A stretch of DNA of 64,000 nt from Vulcanimicrobiota bacterium (GCA_963786105.1 CAWAXX010000002.1:21699-85698); one strand, 5' to 3'. Positions 20,226 through 30,105 are shown, counted from the stretch's first letter. Numbers and translations: made by a program. The notes: generated by a model not told the origin, from the sequence alone.

Positions 20226-23200
20226 TTAGATCTTTACGTTGGCGTTTACGAACAGACCAAACGGTTGAATGACGGACGAAGTCCCGACCTCGGTGATGTT
20301 AAAGAACGTGCCGTACGGATACCTCACCTGGACCGGCGGCCGGGCCAGAAAGTTTCCGGCCGGCGCCAAGATGTTCGACGGTAAGGTCGAGTACACGCAC
20401 GTCGACGGATTGTCCCACGCGTAACCGCGCTGATAGCACTTGTTGTAAATGTTCACTGCCGAGACGTTGACCGAGAGCCGATCGTTGACATCGTAGCTCG
20501 CGCTCAGATTTAGTGCAAGTTGCGAGGGCTGCTGGTAGAAACCGAGTCCGTCGAATCGATGGCCGTTGTACGGATCCGGCAAGAAGATGGCGCCACCGGA
20601 ACCGCACGTCGCGCCCGGCGTGAGCGGAGTCGCCGCCGGATTCTGGCTACAGGCTTGCGGCACGTAACCGGGCCAGACGAGTGGGGAGCCGTAGCTCGAA
20701 CCGCTGCTGTAGCGCAACGACGGCGTGACGGCGTACCGGTCGCGGCGGTAGTTCACGACCAGCGAGAAGACGTCGGGTACGTCGAATCCGTTGGCCGCGT
20801 TGAACGGCGATGGAATGACGTCGTAGGGTGCGTACGACCCGTTTACGTCGAGCAGTGGCTGCAACGCGTAGGGACACGACGACGACTCGGTTCTGCAGTA
20901 GTAGGGATTGCGCACTTTTACGGTGCCGCCCGAACCTGAATTCAAGAATATCGGTTGCGCGTTGCCGGCGTATTTTCCCGAGCCGCAGGCCGCCCAGTTT
21001 GGCGAGCTCGGCGTCACCTGCGCGCAAGCGGCGGTGTACGAGTTGTACTGCTCGATCGGACCGTTGAGGCTGTCGATCACGCTGATCCCGTTGATCGGGT
21101 GAAAGGTGATGGTGTTGGTCGTATGCGTGTATGCCAGCAGCCACGAGAGGCCGTTGCGCGCGAAATCGCCGCCTTGGATGGCCAGCTCGACGCCGTACGA
21201 TTTCTGCGTCCCTACGTTGAGACCGGCGAGAGTTCCGCCGAGCGCGTCGATCGACTGAAACTGCACTTGATTTCGCGTCGACCGGTAGAAGGGCGTCACC
21301 TTGTACGAGATGTTCGTGCCCTTGAGGTGTTGCTCGAGCGACAGATCGTAGTTATTCGACGTATCCGGGTAAAGGTCGTGATCGGGCGTATGATAGCCGT
21401 AGGAGTAGAACTGGCGAATGAACGACGCCAAGTTTTGCTGTCCGGTATTGTACTGATAGTACGACGACGCCTCGGCGCGTGCGTACACGCCGGCCGAACC
21501 GCGAATCACGGTATTCGGATTGAGCGCCCACGTAAACGAAAACCGCGGCTGGAAGTAGTTATGCACCGAGAGGCCGGCGCCGACGTTATAGAGCCCGTTC
21601 CCCGGGTTGGTCATCGGCGACAACCCCGTCGGACACGGGCCAAAGGTGCCGCTGGACGGATCGAAGGTCCACACCGGTGCCGATCCAAGCGCGCCGCAGT
21701 GCTCCTTATTGAACTGCGTGAACCAGAATTGGCGGGCCGGATACCCGGCTTCCAAGTCGCTCGTCGCATAAGCGAAATGATCGAAACGCGCGCCGATGTT
21801 GAACGTCAGTTTGTCGTTGGGTTGCCATAAATCGGTGAGCGAGTAGGAAGAGAAAAGCGGCTTGACGTCGTCGACCTGCGAGCTGCGCCCATCTTCGGTG
21901 ACGATCCAGCTCGCGCCGGCGCGTGCCGCCGGGGAACCCCGCGGTGCATTTCCCGGCGTGAGATTGAAAACTTGCGGACTCCCGGCATAACATCCGCCAA
22001 AGGCGCCGTTCGGATACTTGAGGAGACAGCCGCCTTGGCTCCCGGCATCGAAGCAGCTCCAGAGCTGACCGGTCGTGTAGTTGTAACAGTTCCCGTTCTT
22101 GCCGACGTAGCTGGTCAAAATGGTGCCCAGACCCGTCGGTAGGAGACTATTGGCCGTCGGATCGGTCGAACTAAAAGTCGCGTTGTACGTTTGCAGCACT
22201 TGTTGTGAGTAGGTCGCTTGCGCGGTCAACAGATTCTTAGGCGAAAGCTGATTCGAGTATGTCAGTACGCCGCCGTAGATGTGCCCGTACACTTCGTAAT
22301 CGGCTAGCTCGGCGCCGAATGCCAGCTCGGCGCTCGTCGGCGCGGTGATGAACCAATTCGTATATTCGCCGTACGCCTGGAACCGGAGGTAAGAGCGTTC
22401 GTTGAAGTTCTTTTGATACTGGAACTTTTCGATCGCGTAGCCGTTGAACGAACCGTCGCGTTGGTTGGGAGGAACGTAGCTGCCGGCCGGATGCGGCACG
22501 CTGTTCGGAAACGGATTGAGCTGCAGGTTGGCCGAGTCGGGCTTTTGCATGAGCGGCCCGACGTAGTACGTCGAGTCGAACCAGGTTACCGGATAGCCGC
22601 CGAACGCCGCCGCGACGTTGCTCGGTCCCAACTCGTGCGCCGAACTGTAGAACCACGTATTGATTCCGCCCGCTACCCACAGCAGCTGAATGTCGTCGCG
22701 CAAGCCATCGTAGCGATGCGGAATTCCGATGTGGAAATTCATTACGTTTTCGCGGTCTTGATTGAAGGCCTGCGCGTAGCTCTGGCCCGGCGCAAAGGCC
22801 GCGCCGTAGCTCGGCGCGGAGCACGACGGATTTTTACCGAGCGAACACGCTCCGTCGAGTAGATTGTACGTGGAGTTCGTCGTGGGAATGGCTAACGGAT
22901 AGAAGTACAGCGGATTGCCGGCGCCGTTGAACTGATCGACGTACCGGTAATCCTGATTCGCACCCGCAAAGCCGGCGTAATACGAGAACAAACGGTCGGG
23001 CGTCGCACCCGAAACTTCGACGGTGGCGGCGTGATAAAACGACGGCGTACCGATCCCGAGCGACGCGTCGGCATACCCCGGATGCGTTCCCGTCTTGATG
23101 ATTTGGTTAATATATCCGGCCAAACCGGAGGAGTTGGAGCTCGCAGCCGTGCCGCCGGTATAGATCTGTACTTCTTGAGTACCGAGTGTGGAGAGCGTCG

Positions 23201-23828
23201 CGATCGGATTGAGATCGGACTGACGCGTCAGCGGCAAGCCATCGAACTCGTAGGCCACTTGCTGGTAATCGCCGCCGCGCACGTAGACGCCCTGATTCCA
23301 GCCCTGCTGGTTGGTTGGAATATTCACGCCCGGGACGCTGCCGATCGCGCCGTAGGCCTGATTCAGCGAACCGGCGCCACTGGTGGCGGCGGTGGTTTTG
23401 ATGCCGGTGGAGTTGACCGAATACAGGTCGCTGGTCGTGCCCGGTCGCACTTGGGTGCCGGCGCCTCGCGCCGAGACGCTAGCAATCGTCTTCAGAGTCG
23501 GGGTCATCGCGAGGCTCAGCGTGAGGGGTTGATCGGCGAAGATGGATACGCCGGTCTGTGCGACGGGATCGTAACCCGGCCTTTCCGCGCGCACAACGTA
23601 CGTGTCGGGGGCGAGCGAGATGAAGCGGAACTCGCCCGTCGCGTCCGTTACGGTGGTCGCGACCTGCGACGGCGATTCGGCGGTGACGCGTACGCCGCCG
23701 ACCGGGACATGCGTGTTCGTGTCGAGGACGGTGCCGCGCAGCGTACCGGTGGTGCCAGCGCGAGCGACCGTGAGGGTGGGGGCCAGGAGGAGGGCAGTCG
23801 CCAGGATAGCGCTGAGGATGCCTCTCAT
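20226..23828 (-). CDS. TonB-dependent receptor-like outer membrane protein with N-terminal carboxypeptidase-regulatory-like domain
   Basis: Signal peptide; GTLRGTV...G.FRF.SLAPDTY; plug motifs VPGV and YVRGG; barrel motifs LTFNIGARFD, QPRFSFTW and NYDLSLEQ. Confidence 0.8.
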   Translation of the reverse strand: MRGILSAILATALLLAPTLTVARAGTTGTLRGTVLDTNTHVPVGGVRVTAESPSQVATTVTDATGEFRFISLAPDTYVVRAERPGYDPVAQTGVSIFADQPLTLSLAMTPTLKTIASVSARGAGTQVRPGTTSDLYSVNSTGIKTTAATSGAGSLNQAYGAIGSVPGVNIPTNQQGWNQGVYVRGGDYQQVAYEFDGLPLTRQSDLNPIATLSTLGTQEVQIYTGGTAASSNSSGLAGYINQIIKTGTHPGYADASLGIGTPSFYHAATVEVSGATPDRLFSYYAGFAGANQDYRYVDQFNGAGNPLYFYPLAIPTTNSTYNLLDGACSLGKNPSCSAPSYGAAFAPGQSYAQAFNQDRENVMNFHIGIPHRYDGLRDDIQLLWVAGGINTWFYSSAHELGPSNVAAAFGGYPVTWFDSTYYVGPLMQKPDSANLQLNPFPNSVPHPAGSYVPPNQRDGSFNGYAIEKFQYQKNFNERSYLRFQAYGEYTNWFITAPTSAELAFGAELADYEVYGHIYGGVLTYSNQLSPKNLLTAQATYSQQVLQTYNATFSSTDPTANSLLPTGLGTILTSYVGKNGNCYNYTTGQLWSCFDAGSQGGCLLKYPNGAFGGCYAGSPQVFNLTPGNAPRGSPAARAGASWIVTEDGRSSQVDDVKPLFSSYSLTDLWQPNDKLTFNIGARFDHFAYATSDLEAGYPARQFWFTQFNKEHCGALGSAPVWTFDPSSGTFGPCPTGLSPMTNPGNGLYNVGAGLSVHNYFQPRFSFTWALNPNTVIRGSAGVYARAEASSYYQYNTGQQNLASFIRQFYSYGYHTPDHDLYPDTSNNYDLSLEQHLKGTNISYKVTPFYRSTRNQVQFQSIDALGGTLAGLNVGTQKSYGVELAIQGGDFARNGLSWLLAYTHTTNTITFHPINGISVIDSLNGPIEQYNSYTAACAQVTPSSPNWAACGSGKYAGNAQPIFLNSGSGGTVKVRNPYYCRTESSSCPYALQPLLDVNGSYAPYDVIPSPFNAANGFDVPDVFSLVVNYRRDRYAVTPSLRYSSGSSYGSPLVWPGYVPQACSQNPAATPLTPGATCGSGGAIFLPDPYNGHRFDGLGFYQQPSQLALNLSASYDVNDRLSVNVSAVNIYNKCYQRGYAWDNPSTCVYSTLPSNILAPAGNFLARPPVQVRYPYGTFFNITEVGTSSVIQPFGLFVNANVKI

Positions 23829-23834
23829 CCGTCT

Positions 23835-23840
23835 AGTGTA
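23835..23840 (-). promoter_or_regulatory. Putative -10 box (TACACT) of a leaderless promoter
   Basis: TACACT lies 6 nt upstream of the receptor ATG, with no SD sequence. Confidence 0.45.
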
Positions 23841-23979
23841 CCGGGCGAGCCCTCGCTAGGCCTTGTTTTTTCACCGGCGTCCCCGGTTTCGGGGTTGCGC
23901 TTTCGGGACACCCCTACCTCGGCCAGAGTGGTAGGCTGAAGAAGACCGCCGCTTTCTCCAGCCGACGAAAGGTGCAATC

Positions 23980-24444
23980 ATGAGGTCAGGTGGACAGATC
24001 GTCGCCGCATGTGCGGTGGTTCTAGCCGCTGCGTTTGCGATCGTTCCGAGCGCGCCGGCGTCGGCCACCGGAACCGTCCGGATTCAGCAGCGGGATGGTG
24101 ACGTCAAGACGTATCCCGGCGTCATCATGAAAGTCGGGCACAAGACGCTGACGCTGACTTCGGCCGATCGAGTTTCGACGGTGGCGATCAGCGACGCCGA
24201 CTGCGGGCAGAACGGCGCGCTCGTTCGCTGCACCGGCGGAGGCTTCTCACTCGTTCAAGACGGTGCAAGGCACGTCGTCCCATTCAAAACCGCCACGTTC
24301 TATTTCAACCCGACCGGCGAAGATCAGGTGCTGCCGCTGTCGACGATGAAAATCGGCGCACGCTCGGTGATCTTCGCGGTGCAGACGGCGAAGGGAACGT
24401 ACATCACCGGTAACGGCAAGCTCGACGAGGGGCCCACACCATGA
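23980..24444 (+). CDS. Secreted beta-rich hypothetical protein
   Basis: Signal peptide ending ASA; one mature Cys pair; ATGA overlap with the next gene. Confidence 0.7.
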   Translation: MRSGGQIVAACAVVLAAAFAIVPSAPASATGTVRIQQRDGDVKTYPGVIMKVGHKTLTLTSADRVSTVAISDADCGQNGALVRCTGGGFSLVQDGARHVVPFKTATFYFNPTGEDQVLPLSTMKIGARSVIFAVQTAKGTYITGNGKLDEGPTP

Positions 24445-25280
24445 AGTATGTATCGATGATTCTCGTGGTCGCGCTGGCAGCCGCACCCTTGACGTCCTCC
24501 GCACAGCGCGGTCGAGCTGCCGCGCCTCGCTCGGCTCCGAGCCGCGGGTTTGACATGCACAACGACGTTCCGACCGGAACCGCGAGAGGCAACAACGGGG
24601 CGGTAGCCCACAATCAAACCACCGGCAACACCGCCGTCTATAACAAAAACACCAACACCGCGACGACCTATAACAAGAGCACGAATACCGCGACCCAGTA
24701 CCATCCGAGCACGACCGGTTCCTCGACGGCGAATCGAAATAGCGGTGCGTATAACGGCGCCAACTCCGCCGGAGCCTACAATAAGAACACCGGCAACGCC
24801 GCGGTGTACAACAAAAACACCGGCAACATGACCGTCTACAACAAGAACACCGGGACCACGTCCGCGTACCACTACAATACGAGCGGCACGAACGGATATT
24901 ACTACAACGGTCGCGTCGTGGTAAATCCAGTCTACGTCGGTCCTGCGTGGGGATGGAACCACGGCGCCGTTTGGGCGCCGTACGGAGCGTACTGGGGCGG
25001 TGGCTTCTGGGGGCCGTTCGCTGTCGGCGCCGCGAGCGCCGCGCTCATGGGTTCGATCGTCTATGCGAACCAAACGTACACGTCGTACAGCGTGAGCTCG
25101 GGCAGTCCGGGTGCGACGTTGCTGTCGAATTACGGTCTGCAGCAAGTCCCGTGCGGACCGTCCGGCTTGGTCGTCATCTACGGGCCCAACTTCGGCGTGA
25201 TTTGCGCGAATCCAAACGGCCGCGTCGCTGCCGGCAGTTACGCCGTCAACACCGATACCTTATCCCTGCAATCGCAGTAG
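24441..25280 (+). CDS. Secreted Asn/Thr/Gly-rich repeat protein
   Basis: Signal peptide; roughly 10-aa repeats of the form xxYNKNTGN; Trp/Gly-rich segment; C-terminal domain with two Cys. Confidence 0.75.
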   Translation: MKYVSMILVVALAAAPLTSSAQRGRAAAPRSAPSRGFDMHNDVPTGTARGNNGAVAHNQTTGNTAVYNKNTNTATTYNKSTNTATQYHPSTTGSSTANRNSGAYNGANSAGAYNKNTGNAAVYNKNTGNMTVYNKNTGTTSAYHYNTSGTNGYYYNGRVVVNPVYVGPAWGWNHGAVWAPYGAYWGGGFWGPFAVGAASAALMGSIVYANQTYTSYSVSSGSPGATLLSNYGLQQVPCGPSGLVVIYGPNFGVICANPNGRVAAGSYAVNTDTLSLQSQ

Positions 25281-25295
25281 CGCGCCGAAGCGCAT

Positions 25296-25835
25296 TCACT
25301 TGGCGAGCTCCCGCATTCGCGGGAGCTGCGCCGGGTAGGCTCCGTCGGGGTGACGCCTGTTCCACAGTTCCGAGCGCACCGCGAGGTATTCGAAGTTTTC
25401 CCAGGCGGCCGAATCGGTATGGCGGCGTCTCAGTTCGATAGCGGGTTCGGCGAGTTTCCATGCGTTCGAAACTTGCGCTGAGACGATGTCGAGAAGAATG
25501 TCCTCGTCGATGAGTCCGTATTTGCTAAAGGTACCAATTTGTTCCCAGAAGTCGAGGATCAGAAATTCCGGATGGGTTCCGCGATCGGGCGAACCCGGCG
25601 TCGCGAGTAGTTTCAGATACTGCGGATCGTCCATTTTCGTCGACATGCTGCGTGCGAATTCTGCATATGCCGACTGCAGCAGAGGCTGATTCCACTGATT
25701 CATGATTTCCAGCAGCGCGCTCAGCTGGTTGCTGGCGCGCAGGTGGCGCAGCTGAACGATTGCCGCCACCGCAGCCGCTGCGACGACGAGCAGAGTCGCA
25801 GCCGACAGGACCAGGCCCACGACCTCGGCCCTCAT
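25296..25835 (-). CDS. Membrane-anchored hypothetical protein (DUF4760-like)
   Basis: N-terminal TM segment followed by QLRHLR; LDFWEQIG...GLIDEDI and WENFEYL. Confidence 0.65.
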   Translation of the reverse strand: MRAEVVGLVLSAATLLVVAAAAVAAIVQLRHLRASNQLSALLEIMNQWNQPLLQSAYAEFARSMSTKMDDPQYLKLLATPGSPDRGTHPEFLILDFWEQIGTFSKYGLIDEDILLDIVSAQVSNAWKLAEPAIELRRRHTDSAAWENFEYLAVRSELWNRRHPDGAYPAQLPRMRELAK

Positions 25836-25838
25836 GGT

Positions 25839-27065
25839 CTAGGGCCGGCTCGGCGATTTGATGGTGGCGTAGATCGATTTGAAAAGCGCCGGAAGGCTGC
25901 TATTCTTTTCGACGGGACGGCTGTTCGCGAATATCGCCACCACCAGACCCGAGTCGGGAAAATACAGGTGGGCGGCGCGAAAACCGAGCGTTTCGCCTTG
26001 GTAGAACCAGAAGGTGCCGAATCCCGGAGCGTATTTCTGCGCGACGCCGAGGCCGAAGCCCGACGGATCGTCCGCCGTTGCCTTGGCCAGCGGTTTGGCG
26101 GTTTTGAGCGAGATAAGACTGAGCAGTTCCGCCTTCTGCTTGGCAGGCAACAGCGACGTTCCCTCATAAAGCGCGCGCGCCCATGCGATAAGATCCTCGG
26201 GTGTCGAGACCATCGAGCCGGCGCCTTGCGCCCACGACAAGCTGTACGGGGTTACGTCCCTACCGATGAATTTCCCGAAGCCGGGATCGTCGTTCTCGTA
26301 GTAGCCGGCAACGACGCGTCGCGCGATCGGTGCCGGATAGAGGTTCGACGTGTAAAAGGTGTTTTTCAGGCCGGCGCTTGCGATGATGCGCGCGATCTCG
26401 GTGGCGAAATTCTTGCTCTGGCTGCGTGCGGCGACGACCTCTTGAGCGAGCAGATACCCAGTGTTCGAGTACGAATACTTCGTTCCGGGCGTCGAGATGA
26501 ATTTCGGATACACGAGCCGGATAAGCGTGCCCGTCGAGACGTTTGCCTTCGGATTCTGCGTAAACATTTTGTACCAGGCGGGCGTGTTGTCGTACGAGTC
26601 GATGCCGCCGGTCATGCTCAACAGCTTTCGCAGCGTCAGCTTCGCGTACGCGGGGTACTGCGGGAGGTACGTCCCGATTGGCGCGTCGATGGAGAGACGT
26701 CCTTGTGCTTCCAGTCGCAGCACCGCGACGGCCGTGAAAGCTTTGGTGTTGCTTCCGATTTGGTAGAGACTCGTGCGTGTCACCGGCGACCCGGAACCAT
26801 AGCGCGTCCTTCCGGCGGTGAGGTTTATGGCCGGCTGGCCTTGCGCCAAGCTCACCGACAGCGAGAGTGCCGAGAGGTGCTCCTCGGCACCGTGATCTTT
26901 AAGGTAGGCGTCGAGGTCGTGCTGCAGTGCGGCTCGCAATGCCGGCGAGTCCTGCGGCGCAGACGAGCTCTGCGCGAGACCGATGGAAGTCAGCGCGATG
27001 CCCAAAGCCATCGCTGCCGCGATCCGAGCCAACGGCACGACGCGTAACGCCAAACGTACCTGCAT
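25839..27065 (-). CDS. Secreted serine hydrolase (beta-lactamase class C / D-Ala-D-Ala peptidase-like)
   Basis: IGSNTK (SxxK), YSYSNTGY (YxN) and AGSMVST; signal peptide. Confidence 0.88.
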   Translation of the reverse strand: MQVRLALRVVPLARIAAAMALGIALTSIGLAQSSSAPQDSPALRAALQHDLDAYLKDHGAEEHLSALSLSVSLAQGQPAINLTAGRTRYGSGSPVTRTSLYQIGSNTKAFTAVAVLRLEAQGRLSIDAPIGTYLPQYPAYAKLTLRKLLSMTGGIDSYDNTPAWYKMFTQNPKANVSTGTLIRLVYPKFISTPGTKYSYSNTGYLLAQEVVAARSQSKNFATEIARIIASAGLKNTFYTSNLYPAPIARRVVAGYYENDDPGFGKFIGRDVTPYSLSWAQGAGSMVSTPEDLIAWARALYEGTSLLPAKQKAELLSLISLKTAKPLAKATADDPSGFGLGVAQKYAPGFGTFWFYQGETLGFRAAHLYFPDSGLVVAIFANSRPVEKNSSLPALFKSIYATIKSPSRP

Positions 27066-27181
27066 ATCAAACGCCTTCCTAGACTTCTCCAGCCGAGTAC
27101 GACTGACGATCCATTACCCGAGCGGTTTGCACATCCCCGCTACGGGCGGACCGGCATCCACGAACGCCGAACGGATTTGCT

Positions 27182-28327
27182 ATGAGCCATTTTTGGAGAA
27201 CTCTTCTCGCGCTGGTCGTCGTGCTGCCGAGCGCCGTCGGTAGCAGTAGCGCGAGGAACGTGCACGTCAGCGCCGACATTCAAAGCGAAATTTCAGCGAT
27301 CGTCAACAAAGAGCTCGCGGCATATGGTGGCCCGAAACCGATACCGGGAGCGGTCATCGGCGTGTGGGTCCCCGGAAAGGGTGAATTCGTCAAAGGATTT
27401 GGATACTCGAGGCTTTCTCCCCAAGAGCCGATGGCGGTGACGGATCACTTCCGCATCGGCAGCAACACGAAGACGTTCGTCGCCACCGTGCTGCTCCAGC
27501 TCGTGGACGAAAAGAAGTTGGCCCTCGACGACACGATCGCGCATTTCAATCTCGGGTTGACGGTGCCGAATGAAAACAAGATTACGTTGCGCCAGTTAGC
27601 CGAGATGCGCAGCGGAATCATCGACATGTACGCGGTTCCAGGGGTTCAAAAAGAAAGCGATGCCGTGTGGGCGAGCCGGACTCCCCGGCAGTGGGTGACG
27701 CTTGCCGGTAAGCAGCCGCCGTTGTTCGCGCCCGGAACCAAGTACAACTACAGCAACACCAACTGGTTCTTGCTCGGGCTCGTCATCGAGAAAGTGACGC
27801 ACGATACGATCGAGCATCAAATCGACAGCCGGATCCTCACGCCGATGAACCTCGACGAGACCTCGTTTCCAACGACGGACCGGAGCATGCCGGAACCGTA
27901 CGCGCACGGCTACTCGCTCGACGCAAAGAAGCAGTGGATCGACGAATCGGCCGTTCTCGCACCGTCGGTATCGTGGGCGGCCGGCGCGATGATTTCGGAT
28001 ATGGCCGACATGAAGAGGTGGGTCAAGGCCTACGTGACCGGAACGACGAACGGCGAGTCGTCGCAAAAAGCGCGCCTCACGTGTTTGCCGACGGGCACGG
28101 GAAATCTCTCGTTCGGTTTAGGCATCGGATGCTCGGCCGGCTGGTACGGCTATACCGGCGGCATCACCGGTTACAACACCGGAGCCTACTATATGCCGGC
28201 GACCGGCATTACGCTCATCGTCTTCGTCAACAGCCAGGTGGAGCATCCTTTTCCCGGCGTCGCCAACGCGATCTTTCGCGACCTCGCGAGGATCGTAACG
28301 CCGAACAACGTCCCGTTTGTGAAATAG
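27182..28327 (+). CDS. Secreted serine hydrolase (beta-lactamase class C-like)
   Basis: FRIGSNTKTF, YNYSNTN, AAGAMIS and YTGG; signal peptide. Confidence 0.88.
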   Translation: MSHFWRTLLALVVVLPSAVGSSSARNVHVSADIQSEISAIVNKELAAYGGPKPIPGAVIGVWVPGKGEFVKGFGYSRLSPQEPMAVTDHFRIGSNTKTFVATVLLQLVDEKKLALDDTIAHFNLGLTVPNENKITLRQLAEMRSGIIDMYAVPGVQKESDAVWASRTPRQWVTLAGKQPPLFAPGTKYNYSNTNWFLLGLVIEKVTHDTIEHQIDSRILTPMNLDETSFPTTDRSMPEPYAHGYSLDAKKQWIDESAVLAPSVSWAAGAMISDMADMKRWVKAYVTGTTNGESSQKARLTCLPTGTGNLSFGLGIGCSAGWYGYTGGITGYNTGAYYMPATGITLIVFVNSQVEHPFPGVANAIFRDLARIVTPNNVPFVK

Positions 28328-28334
28328 GCCGAAC

Positions 28335-29114
28335 TTACCAGCTTCCCGACGCACCGCCGCCGCCGAAGTCGCCGCCGCCCGCATCGAAATCGTCGTCGCT
28401 AGAGCTTGAAAAGTCGTCGCTGCTCGACGAGAACGTCTCGCCCGAACCCGTGCTGGAGTATCCCCCGCTCGTGCCTCGGCGGCGCGCCGCGAACACGAAC
28501 ATCAGAATGACGAGCCCGATCGGAACGGCAAAGGAAACAATGAGCAGCAAGAGCGTTCCAGCATTCGATCCGCTAGAAGAAGACGCGCTCGACTTATGCG
28601 AGGTGACCGGAATAGTCGCGCTGGTAAATGCGGGCGTGATCGTCGTTAAGATCGCGCGAACGCCGTCGGCAACCGCGCGATCGGTATCGCCTTGCCGCAT
28701 GGCCGGCACGATGCGTTCGTCGATGATGCGTTTGGAATCGGCATCGGTAAGACTGCCTTCGAGCCCGTACCCCACTTCGATTCGGACTTTGTGGTCGTCC
28801 ATGAAGAGAAAGAGGACGGCGCCGTCGTCGTGACCGCGCCGTCCGATTTTCCACGTGTGGGCGGTTTCCGCGGTCCACGTCTCGAGCGGGACCTCGCCGG
28901 TCGTCTTGCCGATCCACACGATGACTTGGTGCCCCGTACTCGTCTCGTACGAATGCAACTCGTTCTCGAGCGCGGTGCTGGTCGCTTCGCTGAGAGCGCC
29001 GGCGCCATCGGTGACGTAGTGATTTGGTGTCGGGGGCACCTGGAAATCGCCCGATAGCGCCGCGCGAGTACAAGCAAAAAACAGGCCGAAGGCCAGCAGA
29101 AGGGACGCGCGCAA
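28335..29114 (-). CDS. TPM-domain (YgcG-like) membrane protein
   Basis: VTDGAGALS, WKIG...DDGAVL, RIEVGYGLEG.LTD; one TM segment; GGGDFGGGGASGSW tail. Confidence 0.9.
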   Translation of the reverse strand: MRASLLLAFGLFFACTRAALSGDFQVPPTPNHYVTDGAGALSEATSTALENELHSYETSTGHQVIVWIGKTTGEVPLETWTAETAHTWKIGRRGHDDGAVLFLFMDDHKVRIEVGYGLEGSLTDADSKRIIDERIVPAMRQGDTDRAVADGVRAILTTITPAFTSATIPVTSHKSSASSSSGSNAGTLLLLIVSFAVPIGLVILMFVFAARRRGTSGGYSSTGSGETFSSSSDDFSSSSDDDFDAGGGDFGGGGASGSW

Positions 29115-29125
29115 CGATAGAATGG

Positions 29126-29800
29126 CTACGTCGGGTTCGGCAGCCAGGCGGAATTAATACACGCCAGCAGGCTATCGATTGTTTTCGCGTTTTTTCTCGA
29201 GTTGGGAACGGCGTCGGCGTCGATCGCGTCGCACGTCGTTCCCAGCAGTTCCGTTAACGGCTTGTTGATATTCTCGTTGACGAGCGCGGCGTACAGATCG
29301 CGCTGCTTCTTGTCCTTAATGGTTGCCGGATCGGAGGCGAGAGCGCTCAACAGCCGCGTGGCTCGTCCTAGAACGAAGGCGTCGGCGACCCGGCGATCGA
29401 GGAAGTGGGCGGAGAGCGCCTTATTGACGATGTTCGATGGGCCCAAGTCGTCGAAGTCGCTCCTTGGGTCTTCAAAACTGCCTGATCCCCGAATCGAAAG
29501 CCAGTCGAACGGAAATCCAAACTCGACGTCAGCCAGTGGATCGAGTTTTGCGAAGTCGCTGTCCTGGGTGCTGTTGTTACATTGCGTGTAGGCAGAGTAA
29601 CGGTTTCCCTTGGCGCACAAGACCAAGAGCTCGTAGTCTCGCCCTAACATGTAGCCACCGTATAACATCCGGTCCGTAGCCTGTCTCTGCGCGTTTTTTT
29701 CTTGCACCCTATCGTGGATGAACGTATAGCTGCTCAACGCAAACGCCACCGCCGCAATCACGATATTGAAAGCCGCGACGGGCCTGAGCCCCAGGAACAT
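29126..29800 (-). CDS. Membrane-anchored hypothetical protein (may be fused to 29800-30009 by a frameshift)
   Basis: ATG at 29800 overlaps the TGA of the upstream small ORF; N-terminal TM segment, then a domain with four Cys. Confidence 0.55.
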   Translation of the reverse strand: MFLGLRPVAAFNIVIAAVAFALSSYTFIHDRVQEKNAQRQATDRMLYGGYMLGRDYELLVLCAKGNRYSAYTQCNNSTQDSDFAKLDPLADVEFGFPFDWLSIRGSGSFEDPRSDFDDLGPSNIVNKALSAHFLDRRVADAFVLGRATRLLSALASDPATIKDKKQRDLYAALVNENINKPLTELLGTTCDAIDADAVPNSRKNAKTIDSLLACINSAWLPNPT

Positions 29801-30009
29801 CAGCAGGGAACCGGCGTCGACAGCGGTCCGGGCGGGGTCGGACAGGGGCTCGCCGTCGCACTGGCGATCGCCTTGACCGATACGGCGGCGCCGTTCGCCC
29901 GGCTCGAGCCGACCGGCGATAATGCCGCTGCCATGACGAAGAGGAGCGACATCCCGAACCACATCGTGCGAAGTGGTGCGTTGCGAAAAGTTCTTTTTTC
30001 AAACATCAT
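29800..30009 (-). CDS. Small secreted Pro/Cys peptide, or the 5' part of a frameshifted gene
   Basis: Basic N-terminus plus hydrophobic signal-like segment, followed by SPCPTPPGPLSTPVPC. Confidence 0.45.
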   Translation of the reverse strand: MMFEKRTFRNAPLRTMWFGMSLLFVMAAALSPVGSSRANGAAVSVKAIASATASPCPTPPGPLSTPVPC

Positions 30010-30105
30010 TGCTGCACGTTCTTTCTTCGGCTAGCGCGCCGAGACCAGCGTGTGCGAGCCTACGGCTACGCTTCCGCTTGGTTAGGAATTTCCCCTGGGA
30101 TCGCG

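Noticed and set aside
24600..24860. 30-nt periodic repeats as a CRISPR array
   Set aside because: The repeats are in frame, vary at synonymous positions and have no unique spacers; no cas genes are present.
30010..30105. SARP repeat promoter downstream of the first BTAD regulator
   Set aside because: No TAGACG or GTACG pair with consistent spacing was found.
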